Of a stretch of DNA of 64,000 nt, positions 1 to 11,639 are shown piece after piece. The stretch covers positions 19,940,651 to 20,004,650 of the forward strand of contig CM120647.1 in assembly GCA_051362555.1 (NCBI GenBank), given 5' to 3'. Below the pieces are notes generated by a model, which saw nothing but the letters and a program-made list of their open reading frames with translations, was not told the DNA's origin and ran no database searches. Numbering within the stretch: position 1 is the first letter of the stretch; each line of letters starts with the position of its first letter. Source of the stretch: Lingula anatina. Its lineage: Eukaryota > Animalia > Brachiopoda. A program made the translations under genes and the position numbers.

Positions 1-769
1 TGTGCACAGGTGAGATTTACCTGGTAGGGTTGATTTGCTCGGCTTATGAGTGAAATTTATCAAAACTGGTGTCCTTGCCTTGGTAGCTGTTTGCTGGGGC
101 AAACTTTCAAATTAAGGAATTTAAGTAAAGACGTGGTTAAACAATGGGTGATGTTTATGATGATGAGTCTATTTGATCTGATTTTTGTTTATTAAATCTG
201 GGTTTGCTTAGCCAAGATGGGATTATGGTGTGGGCGGGATTTGTTTGTTTCGTCTTGAACTCCTTTGTCAGAAAATATTTTAATGCCACAACAGTTACTG
301 TAGTAAGAGTTTGGTGTTAATCATAAGAAAAGGAAAGACTGATAAAAGTTTATTAAACATGATTTGTGTAGTAACATGTAAATGTGTTCTGTCATAAATA
401 ACATTATTTCTATTGATAGAAGTTTTCTGCATGAAGTGTTGATAGTGTCAACGTAGCATTCCTTTGTTTCCTTTTTCTGTAATCTAGTTTGGCAGTAGTA
501 GACCAGTTGAGGATAACAAAGTTGTATAATTTATAAGTTAAAGTATATTTATGATATATTTCTCTCTCTCTCATCTTCATCTGTTTTTCTCGGAGCCTTT
601 CCTCCCAAATCTCTCTCTCTCTCCCTCTCTCTTTATCTCCTTTTCTCTCTCTCTCTCTCTCACAGAGAGTATCAATCAGTTTTTAGTCAGCCACTTAACC
701 CAATCAGTTTACCTTGTGTACATAGTCCAGAAGACAGGAGAGCCACTGTATATTATAAGAGCCAGTTAT

Positions 770-1004
770 ATCTTAGACTGGGTTCCCATACTTAGATCGA
801 TCCAACTGGATTGACCTAATTCCATGGGGCTTCACGCTAAATTGCGATCAGCTCAAGAGGCTTAAATGTCTGTCATGCCTACCGAATCAGCTAGGGGTAA
901 AGATTTACTAGGTGTGACAGACATTTAAGATGGTTACCTTGATAGTAATTTAGTGAGACTCCCCATGGAAATAGATTGATCCAAATATCTGTGGGAATGG
1001 TTCC
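770..1004 (+). repeat. Diverged interspersed repeat (MITE-like); inverted relative at ~9746-10005
   Basis: Shared blocks GGGTTCCCATAC, CGCTAAATTGC..TCAGCT, ATGTCTG..A.GCCTAC, TAGGTGTGAC, GGAATGGTTCC. Confidence 0.65.
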
Positions 1005-3070
1005 TTACCTTATCATCCTCAGTGGGGTAGTGATACTGATATTGGTAAGGGGAGACCCATTGGTCCCAAATTCATATCACTTAAGAAGAAGAAAGATGTG
1101 ATTGTTTACAGCACAGTTTAAGTATGGAGAAGATATCAACACTGGTAGGCCGAAGGAGGCCAGTTTAAGGTTAGGTTTGGATTTGTGCTTAATGAAACTC
1201 TGTTGTGCCTTAAAAAACAATCAGAGAAATTAGGCAGGGATAACTGTATGTGGTAGTTCACTGAATTCTTGTGGGTTTGGATTTGTCATTAAACTCAGTC
1301 CAGGAAAATTAGGCAAGGATAACTGTGTAGTTCCTGGTGTGTCGAGGTCGAGGTGAAAAGGGAAAAAAAAAGAAGAAAAAAGGAAAGACATTTTGGAACA
1401 TTTCCCAAGTGAGCGTGGGATATGTCGTCTGAATTGTTTTATAACATCAGAAGTGTTTATGGATGTTTTAAAAAGCTTTTTAATGGTTAGTTTGTCTGGA
1501 TTTGTTGGCAAATTTTATTGGACCAGGTCACTTATAACCTAAACCATTGACTTAGCTCAAATGAAGTGAAATTTAGTTCATTAAACAAGTAGAAATGCAA
1601 TGAGTAAATCTTAAATTTACTTGTCTGTTAAAATATAGAACTATGTGTGTTTAAATATGAAAAGAAATAAATGCTACTTATCAAATAAATTGTAATAAAA
1701 GAAAATATTTCTTTAGTAAAATGATATACAAAAAAAGAACACAACCTGCTCAAGCAGTGAAATTTGTTGTAACATATTGGAAAAAATGTTCCTGTTCAAA
1801 AATCAAGTTACGTGAATATAAGCAGACATTTAGGTGTTAAAACTATCTTTTAAAAAAAGAATGCAGGAAAAGATAATTTAAAAAGGAAAAAATATTACAT
1901 GTTTCCAGAACTTTTGTAAGTGCATATCACTATAAAGAAAGAAAAAATATATAATGTTACCTGTGGAGACCTTATGTGAACAACAACAAAAAAATTTTTA
2001 TACAAAAAAAAAATAAAAAAAAGATAATAACTTTAGTTCTACCTTAATAATAAAAAAGTAGTAGATGCAGGCAAGTTAATGGATGAGCTATACGTAAAAC
2101 ATAATAATTATAGAAAATCAGCGTAACTGGATATCATAAAATGGGAGAAATCACTCTGGCTCATTGTTCAGGCAGTCAGCCTTTCACCAGCTGATCTCCA
2201 AGCAGTGTGTAAAGCCAACAGTGATTATACCAATTTCCAAATAAATCACTCTTAAAGGGAATTCTCTCTGCTGTTTGGACGGTCTTTGTCCTCCTTTAAC
2301 AGAGGTAAAGTGTTAACAAAAACGAAGCGTGTCTGCAGTAAAAGTCTTTGTTAAACCAACTGACTTCAAAAACGGTTCAAAACAAACCTGTTTCATTTTA
2401 AAGTCGCTTCGTCAACATGAACCCATTGCGGTCACAGTTAAGTGGAGTTTTGTCAACAAGCTTTTCCCTATTTTTTGGCCCAACGCTGCACGTCCCGCTT
2501 TACGTAGAGTGAATTAGGTGGATATTAAGTTTCATTATGTTATAAATTACGGACCCCACCAGGTTTGTCAAGCTGGATAACAACACGCCACTCACAATAT
2601 CTACATACGTCAGAGGCAAGTTCACCTTCAAGGTTTTTTTTTTCTTCGTCTTTTTTTTTTTTTTTTTTTTTTTTTTCGCTTTGGAATCTTTACATAGACA
2701 AGTTGCCTGAGTTCCTACTGTAAGACAGAGATTGGATGTTTTACCAGTTACACAGGAATAGCTTAGAGGCCAGGAGGTTTCCTGTTATGAATTATTAACA
2801 CCAAGGGACATTGTTTGATATATACAAAGTGACTACACTGAATTTTTCATCTTTCTCTTTTTTTTCACCTGAATTATTTTTGCCTGTGATATTTCCTGTT
2901 GTGATGAAGGCACGACACTGTGTGCTACAAGGGATGGTATAGTCTTTCAGCAGTAGAGTCATTTTGATAACGACAGTGAACAAATCACATTGGAGTCTAC
3001 TTTCACAGGTGCTTTGATTGCTGGAATAATGAAACAAAGGAGATACCAATTCCATGGTGTAGTAGTGAGT

Positions 3071-3122
<52 letters not shown>

Positions 3123-3299
3123 CTTATTGGACTGGGAATTAAGACTGTTTTGTGTCAAAAAAGTAACATCAGAAGAAGCATAGACAGCCAAAAAAACACT
3201 TAACATTAAAAGCTATTACACGTTATTATTTTTTTGAGAAGCAAAGATGTTTTTCATTCTCTACAGCATCCAAGACTTTGTTATGAGAACAATTACCCT

Positions 3300-6200
3300 T
3301 AGTCGAGTCGCCACTCCCATAGGCCCAATAGTCGAACCCTGCAATGTTCTTTCCTGTAAACTTTTTTTGCTGAAATGCATTCTTCAGGTCGAGAGAAGCA
3401 AAATTAGCTTGGTTGCTATTTCCGAGACCTTGAGCTTTTTTCAATATGGCCGTCAATTTATGACAAAAAATAGAAAAACGACCAGAAGTCACCGGGTAAA
3501 CTTCATTGACAGCTTTTTTAAACGTGTATCCTATCAGGAGAGCACAACAGTACTAGTGAATACGCTTAATCGCGTACCACTTAGCAAAAAAACCAAAATG
3601 GCCGTCAAAACATACGGCAGAAGATGATAAAAGCTGCAGAATCAGTTTGTTTTTTGCATATTTAGTTTTATTAAAACCATATCCCCTTTTAATATTTATG
3701 TTAATTATAATATTTTGTTAGTCATGATCTTAAACTCTTGGAATCACCTTATCTGACAATTCAATAACCCCCCAAGAGTCTGTTTGCTACTTCCCTGGGT
3801 CCCATAGTCAAATACTTAGAATGTTATTCCCTGAAATTTTTAAAAGAATTTAATACTTGGGGGGTATAAAAGCCAATTTGATTTGGGCTTTCTTGGCAGT
3901 GGCTACATACAGAACATTGATCAATTTTCAAAATTCAAGATGGCCGTCAATGATATAAGAAATATATTATAATATCATTATATAATAAATAAATAATTAT
4001 GTAACATAGCAAAGAGTCGGGTTTAAAGTGCATGGTGTTCCGCATTTCAAATGACCGCTAAAACATGCCCAAAAAGGTAAAAAAAAAATCAGTTAAATTA
4101 CGCTTTAAACTGATAATTCGGCGTATAATATATATCAAACCCTTTTATTTATTGACAAAGTGTACTTGAAAGGTACAGTTAAACTAAAACTCTATAAAAG
4201 AGGATCATTGATAATGCTGACCATTATGTAAGTTCTCTTTTTAATACAGTCTCAATCTGATGAAAAGTTTATCAAGGGCCAACAGGAGGTTCTGCAGGAA
4301 TTTGGGCACAGGGAGTCCAAAATCTTTTGGTTATATACTGACAGCCATTAAAATCTTTCAGGCCATATTCTTCAAAATAATTGTTATTTTGAAGCACTAA
4401 ACTGGATTATTTTCATATGAATCATTTCTTTAGGACATTGGTAGACAGAACCATAAAATCTTAAGTTTCATGAATAGTTTCAAAACAAAAATGGCACCAG
4501 CCCAACACAAAGTTACAACAGTCAATAGCCGATACGATCTCCGCTTGCTTCGATGCAGGCGGCGATCTGTTGGCGCATGCTCGGACAATAAGTGTGGATG
4601 GGATGGTGTCGTGCGAAATCCTATTCCAGCCTTGTCATAGTGCCTGGATCAGCTGCTGCCTTGGCCAACGGACGGCCAAGATATATGTAGTACCACAAGT
4701 GTTTAATCGGATTCATATCCGGTGAGTAGACAGGCCGGGGTAGGACATCCACCCTTGGGACTCCAGATGCACTTGGATCATTTGTGCCGAATGTGAACGG
4801 GTCTTGTCCTGTTGGGTAACGGTGGTATCAGTTTTCTGCTGCATGAACGAGGTCATGTGGCTTTGCAGAATCTGATCTATGTAGTGACAAGCACTTACTG
4901 GTATGTTGCCATCAACGATCACCATCGGTTGACCCCCAGCAAGCGTCGACGCACAGAGGGACTGCTGCTCCGGTTGGCGAAATTGGTCCCGCAGCTGATG
5001 CAACTTGATGTAGCGATCCTGGTCTGGAGTTGAGACTCTCTCGCCCAGGCTGCGGTATATAGCTAACAGAGCCTGGCATGTTGTGGCATTCAACCAGGTT
5101 CCTGATTGTGGGGTGGGAACAGCCCCTACATTGTAGCTCAAATCAGACTCCCCTCACACCCAGTGCCCAGAGATGTACGTTGTTCACATGATAGACATGG
5201 CATGATTCCGTTCACTGGACTAACAACATTGGTGACCTTTTTTGGGCCTTTATAGGCCTCCAAAACCAATCCTCAAAATGTGCAGGTGCCCACTGAGTAT
5301 TGCTCAATGTGTATTTGGTCCATTTTTGCAAAAAAAAAAAAAAATAAAAAATAAAAAAAATAAAATAAAATAAAGGCTTACCCATGTGCAATGAACCATG
5401 TCAACATTACAACTCATCATTATTTTAACTACCCGAGCACTAAGTCATCAATAAATCCACAATGAATAATTACATCTACCCTACAAGTATAAAAATGCAT
5501 ACATTCCTGTCTCAAAGCTTCCATTATCTGTAAGTATAAATTGGCAAAAACAACATTTCAAATACATGATGTCGATGGGTAGCCCTCGCATATCCCCGAA
5601 CCATGTCACGTTGTCAAGAATAGCTGACCTCATGGGCCCTTACCGCTGGATTTGTATACCCCTGCTTGGATCTTGATTATTTATAATAAAATTCATTATT
5701 AAACAACAAAAATGCCTTAGGTGTTAAAATATTTAAAAAGTTTACAAAAAAAAAAAAAAAAAAGGATTAGAATAATCAAACCTGAAGAAAAACTATTTGA
5801 CGCATTTTTTTATTTCAAAATCATTTAGTTTACACATACTAGAATGATAATGCCTTTCATTAAATCATCCACGATGTAATTTTTGATTTAGAATGAAAAA
5901 CTAGTTGTCAGGACTGAGATATCCGCAATCAATGTTTGGTTTGATCATAGAGTAGCATTGACGGACATATTGGTTTTCGTTTTTCGTATCATTTAACCTA
6001 AAAATATGTTTTATTGTGTGCTATGTTTTGAACGCAGGTATATCGGTTTTTTCTTTATATATGTATTTATATTTGTTCCAGTTAAAGTCTATTTCAGTTA
6101 AAAGCCTTGTAGTTTTACAGTTGTTTCTTTGCCCTTCCAATATGTTTTGGAGGCCATTTTTATTAAAATAACTTGCAAAAATGAAATAAATGATCGCACT

Positions 6201-6956
6201 TTGCATGTATATAAACATAAATATGCATTGATGAACAATGAAGTGAAGCATCAATTTTTTTATTTGAATGTATGGCTCTTCATATAACAAATTGACGGCC
6301 ATCTTGAATTTTGAAAAAATATCAATATCTCGTATGTATCATCTAGCAAATAAAGTCAAGCTTATAAGCTTCTGTAAGTTTTGTAACCCAGATGAAATGA
6401 TTTCTTTTTAAAAAGCTTGTAACATATAACAAAGCAAGCTTTGACTATGGGGCTCGTCGGAGTGGCAAATGGACTCTCAGGAGATGGCAGCGTCTGCCAC
6501 CATCTGATTGATGTCAAATAAGCAGTTTCTGAGAGTTTAGGGTCATGACTAACAAATTATCATAATGGATATAAATAGAAAAGGCAGATATGTTTTTAAA
6601 AAGACTAAATTTCCAAAAAACGAACTTATTTTGCAGCTTTTTTCACATTCTGCCGTATGTTTTGACGGCCATTTTGGCTTTTTTGCTATATGTAACTGGC
6701 TTAACTGTATTCACTAGTACTGTTGTGCTCTCCTGATCGGATACACGTTTAAAAAAGCTGTCAATGAAGTTTACCCGGTGACTTCTGGTCGTTTTTCTAT
6801 TTTTTGTCATAAATTGACGGCCATATTGAAAAATGCTCAGTGTCTCGGAAATAGCAACCAAGCTAATTTTGCTTCTCTCAACCTAAAGAATGCATTTCAG
6901 CAAAAAAAGTTTACAGGAAAAAACATTGCAGGGTTAGTGTTCTGGCTACTCGACTA
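3300..6956. mobile_element. Academ-like non-autonomous DNA transposon with ~650-bp imperfect TIRs and 3-bp TSD (CCT)
   Basis: Termini TAGTCGAGTCGCCA ... TGGCTACTCGACTA; CCT at 3297-3299 and 6957-6959; inverted homology ~3300-3950 vs ~6290-6956. TAG..CTA ends with a 3-4 bp TSD fit Academ. Confidence 0.8.
4522..5203 (-). pseudogene. Internally deleted, frameshifted Tc1-family transposase
   Basis: Minus-strand fragments: MPCLSCEQR...CSHPTIRNLV...PGRERVSTPDQDRYIKL (HTH region), VIVDGN...QQDKTRSHSA (QQDNA-like), SPDMNPIKHLW, QQLIQAL, SMRQQIAACIEASGDRIGY* (Tc1 C-terminus). Confidence 0.85.
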
Positions 6957-7645
6957 CCTAAACTATATAAAAATGTACAAACAGGGTATTCTCTTAAAAA
7001 AATACATAAAAGATAGACATACAGAGAAGTAAAAATTAAAGTTGCTTATTAGATCGAAACACTTTTAACCTCCTAGACATACATGTAATGTGTGAATACC
7101 TGGTCCAACCACTGATTTTAATTTGAGAATTAGGCAATTCTTAGCTCTCTGTATTGAACCAGGCTTTGTTTTCACAACCAGATGTGGTACATTGTGATGT
7201 GTTTAGTTAGTAGTAGGTAGTACTGTAGTAAACTTAATGAAAAACTACAAGACGGAGTAATGATGAGTGAAAAATATAACCCTGTATGCATTTGAAAATA
7301 GTATGACTAATGTTTTTAGTGGGAGCTTTGCCTTATTTTTTTGAAGAACCTAGATTAGTTTCTTAAGAAGTTAATGGCAAAATTGTTCTCTTTTGTTTCT
7401 TCATTATTTATCCTCTCATTTTGTATTCTCATGTTATGCATTTTTACTGACTTTTTTTTTTCTAATTAAGCTTCATAACAGTGTTGGTAATGTATAAACA
7501 ATTTTCTTAACATACGAGTATTGTATTAATTTATAACATGTACGCTATTGAGTGGCATTGCACTAATTTTTGATTTGATTGTTTAATTACTCGCTGTTTG
7601 TCTTTTGCAACTAATCAACCCTTTCATTTCTCTCTCAGTGTTATG

Positions 7646-7679
7646 GTTGCTAAGCGACGTGTGTTGTAACCTTGGTAAC
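7646..7679. promoter_or_regulatory. Tandem RFX X-box motifs
   Basis: GTTGCTAAGCGAC (7646-7658) and GTAACCTTGGTAAC (7666-7679); the latter matches GTNRCC-N0-3-RGYAAC. Confidence 0.55.
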
Positions 7680-7680
7680 C

Positions 7681-7770
7681 ATGAAATCTCCCCAGCTCCG
7701 GCCAATGAGTGCTGAGAGAGGGCATTCTGGGAAGAAAGTCAGTTATGTTACCCTCCCATCTCTTGTCCAG
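7681..7770 (+). CDS. Candidate alternative first coding exon of DYRK4 (MKSPQLRPMSAERGHSGKKVSYVTLPSLVQ)
   Basis: aaccATG start, 30 codons, phase-0 donor CAG|gtaaat compatible with the phase-0 135-bp exon; possible acceptor tctctctcag ending 7638; X-box motifs adjacent. Confidence 0.55.
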
Positions 7771-9745
7771 GTAAATTTTACTTCATATCCTGCATGCTTT
7801 TAGATGCATACATGTAACAGTTGCTGCATAGAACTTTTAAGTGAGAGAGTATTGGAAAATGTGACGGGCATCACCATAGCAACTGGTTGCTTGGTAATGA
7901 GTCCCCATGCAACAACTCGTGTATTTTGTAGCATGTTTCTGGTTAATGAAATTGGTTTTGTTGAGGTCTAAATAGAAGCGTGATTAGTTGAGAATCATGA
8001 GATTTTCATTGTCATTGTGAAAGAGGGATCGATACCAAATAAAAGATAAATGCTTAAGAGTGACCTCTGCTTGACCCTTGGTCACTGAATGTGGTTATCC
8101 AATTAAGACCACAACAGTGAAAGCTTTTGTGGACTTGTCTTGCTCATAGAACAAAATTTGTGTTTGACTGTGTGATTGGTGCAATTAAGTGATTTGTCCT
8201 TTGGGAATTAACCAGTAATTGCGGGTTTTATCACGTTTCTTCAATTGTTATGTGTTGGTGTCAGATTCAATGCTTGAGTTAGTTGTCAATACTGGTATAT
8301 GCCAAAATAATGCATGTGCCAGGTAGTATTGTATCCAAGTTATTAGTTCAGTGGAATAAATATTCAACCTGAAAATGTTTTATCCAGTTTGAATATTTAT
8401 CAAATTATCTTGCATCAGGGAAGACTAACTTTCGATCTCAAGATATTTTGTCCAACCAAGCCCTGGCTAATATATTTGTTTAAGTCTATCTCTGTGTCAT
8501 CCATATCAGTTTAAAAATTATAAAATTCAGATAATCGAATATAAATTGACTTTGGTAGTACTCTTTTAAATACACTGTCAAAACAAAATGACAAATATAT
8601 TTGCTTAAATCAGTTATTATGCCTTTAAATAGGCTGTTTGAATAGTGTAAATAATAGTATCAAGTTTTAGACCTTAAACGTGACTTTGAAAATACAATTT
8701 TCAACTCTGGGGTGAAACCTGATAATTAGTAATATTTGCTTGAGGGAGTGTCTGTGGCCTCCAATAAACTTCTTAAATAGTGCAACTTTCAGAATAGGCC
8801 TAGAAGTAGATACTTAGATATGTAGAACTAAAACATAGCTTTGAAAATACACTTTTTAATGGGACAAAACATGAATGCCAGTGATATTTTTCACACCACT
8901 GACCACACTTTCTTTAAAGTTGTTTGAGTAGTACATAATTCCTGATTTAATGACTTAGATTTGACTGTTTTGAAATATTGTTTGAAAAAGGTGAAACTGT
9001 TAGAAATAAACTATCATGGCTCAAGTTCAAATACAGTCTGTTGAAGAGGGTAACATGTGGAATAGCCTGTGTGCTGCATTACATCACTGGTTGCTGCACA
9101 TTACAGTACGCTAACCTGTTGTTTGTTTTGGTTACGATCATAATTTATATCATTCTTTTTGGTCCCCTTGGGCCTGGTTTTAGGAACAGTGACTTTTTTT
9201 ATAAGTGAATAAAGCACAAGACCCTTTTTCAATTAATTTATTTTTTGAGATTCTTTTTTTAAGTTGTGTGAAATATCTTGAAACCCTAGGAGTCCTAGAT
9301 AGCAGAAAAGGAAAGAAATAAAAGGAAAAGTGTGTGTGCCTTGGTCTAGCCTATTATTAAACAAATGATGTATTAATCCTGTGTAATCATTATAATTGTT
9401 GTTATCATTTATCAACTCCAGGTGAAGATAATTGACGACTTAGGCAAAATGACAATAGCAATGGAATGGCACACAGATTTTTTTTCTTTTCTTTTAATTT
9501 CCCTGACAATTTATGTTCAACCTATTATTATATCCTAAAGCTATGCCCTTCTATATTCCCCACACAGCCATTCTGCAGGTTACTCCTTCTGTAGTCCCCC
9601 AGACAATATAATTAATTCCCAGCATGCATCCTATTAATACCATACATCACACAAGGAAGGCCAGACACCCCTTAGGGAGAGTGGGGGTTCACTTAAGGGG
9701 CTTTTTGAACTGAAGAGATACAATATAGCTGAAATGATGGTGTTC

Positions 9746-10005
9746 GGAACCATTCCAAGACCCTATCGTACTAACTGTGGAATGATTGATATATCTCTGA
9801 GGGAATCCTCTCTAAATTGTAATCAACTTAGGTGGCTTAGTCACACCTACTGAAGCTTCTAGGGGGAAATGAATTGTGGTTTAGCAGCTTCAGTAGGCGT
9901 GCCAGACATCTAAACTGCTTAAGCTGAAAGCAATTTAGCGAGAAACGCCTTGGAGATGGATCGATCTTGTTAAATCAGTCTAGGTATGGGAACCCAATCT
10001 TAGAT
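9746..10005 (-). repeat. Diverged interspersed repeat, inverted relative of 770-1004
   Basis: The reverse complement aligns by eye to 770-1004. Confidence 0.65.
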
Positions 10006-10202
10006 TTAATGAAGAGAGACTGGTGTCATGATGTGGAGAAAATATTAAGATATAACCTGGAGTTGTCAGTAGTGTCAGATGGATGTGTATACAATAGTAT
10101 GGGTGTTAATGCTGGGGAAAATTTGTGTAAGATCAATATACCTTTGATGTCACAAATGTACCCCCCCCCCACCCCAACATTATCACCACCACCTATGATT
10201 GA

Positions 10203-10370
10203 CAGGGGCGGATCCAGAGATATTTTCTGACAGTCTTCCAAATTATCTTTGTTAATCCATCCTCCATTTCTGACCGTCTTCCAACAGAAAAAATAAGATA
10301 TCTGTTAATGTAAACTTGAAAATCTGACCGTCTTCAGGAAGACCCAGAAGACGGCCTCAATCCGCCCCTG
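10203..10370. mobile_element. 168-bp MITE, hAT-like CAGGGGCGGAT termini, 5-bp TSD ATTGA
   Basis: TIR CAGGGGCGGAT/ATCCGCCCCTG; ATTGA on both sides; sister copy at 11472. Confidence 0.85.
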
Positions 10371-10934
10371 ATTGACTTTATCCTTTAAGCCATTTAGAAT
10401 ATTGTTCTTGCTCAGTAAAACCCATCATTTTTCCATACTTTTTTTAAATATTTTACCTATGTATGGCATGTTTCTAATCAAATTATCAGATCCCAGTTAG
10501 TGTGTTGAAATAATCACCAGCATCAGAATTGGAGAAGCTTGAAATAAAAAAAGGAGAACAACTTGTAAGACTGTATCCCTGTATGCATCCTTGGACTCCC
10601 TTCAGGAGGCCTCTTTGGGATGTCTGAGTGTGATCAACTTGGGAGAGGGGGTGTGAATGATTTAACAGTCAGCTGGGAAAGTTATGTCATACTGCAGGGC
10701 AATTAATAGGGCATTGCCTTCATGTGGCCTGTCTGGAATGAAGGAAACGCTCTGGGAAAGAATTAAATGAATTTTTTATTGGGTTAATGTGATGTAAAGG
10801 TGGTGTTTACACTTAGCAGTCTGGAGTGGCTTGCCTGCCCACTTGGCTTGCAACACTGGACTGTGTAAACAGGAGGGGGTGGTTTAAAAGTTGTGATTGA
10901 ATTAAACCAGTTTCTTTCTCACTCTTCTCATACA

Positions 10935-10936
<2 letters not shown>

Positions 10937-10994
<58 letters not shown>

Positions 10995-11068
10995 CTTTCT
11001 TGATTTTTCTCCCTTATATCTTTAATTGTATTTTATCTTTGCCTGCTACCTTCCATTTCTTCTATCTC

Positions 11069-11112
<44 letters not shown>
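10937..11112. repeat. (CT)n microsatellites, two tracts
   Basis: Direct reading: ~10937-10989 and ~11065-11112. Confidence 0.95.
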
Positions 11113-11114
<2 letters not shown>

Positions 11115-11471
11115 ATTTCAGTGTCCTCACTACACCAACAGGGGTCAGCAGTTCCTGCCTGTGGAGCTGTGAAGCCTGCAGTTTGCTGGGGGTGAGTCAA
11201 GTCAATTGATTGAGTGATAGGGAGACACAGGTCAACAGCTCTGTGTACTATGTTATAAATGAGCTGAATAATAGAGGATAAGGGTGAGAGATGGAGGGAG
11301 CAGGGAAGAGAGAGAGAATATGTGTGTTTTTGAGAGAGGAAGGAAAGAAATAGGCAGGGATGGATGGCAAGAAAGATGGAAAGAGTGAGAGAGGTATCAA
11401 CTAGGAAACTGAGAGGAAGAGATGGAAAGTGGGGCTAAAAGTTAAGGAGAGATAGGGAAAGGAAAGTATAT

Positions 11472-11639
11472 CAGGGGCGTATCCAGAGATATTTTCTGAG
11501 AGTCTTCCCATTTGTCTCTGTTGATCCATCCTCCATTTCTGACCGTCTTCCGACAGAAAAAATTAGATACCCGTCAATGTAAACTTGAAAATCTGACCGT
11601 CTTCTGGAAGACCCAGAAGATGGCCTAAATCCGCCCCTG
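11472..11639. mobile_element. 168-bp MITE, same family, 5-bp TSD TATAT
   Basis: Same length and highly similar to 10203-10370; TATAT on both sides. Confidence 0.85.

Noticed and set aside
1-15. Possible splice donor CAG|gtgaga at position 9/10
   Set aside because: The exon would lie outside the window and cannot be evaluated.
3226-3627. Paired similar ORFs at 3226-3627 and 6643-7032
   Set aside because: By-products of the long terminal inverted repeats, not genes.
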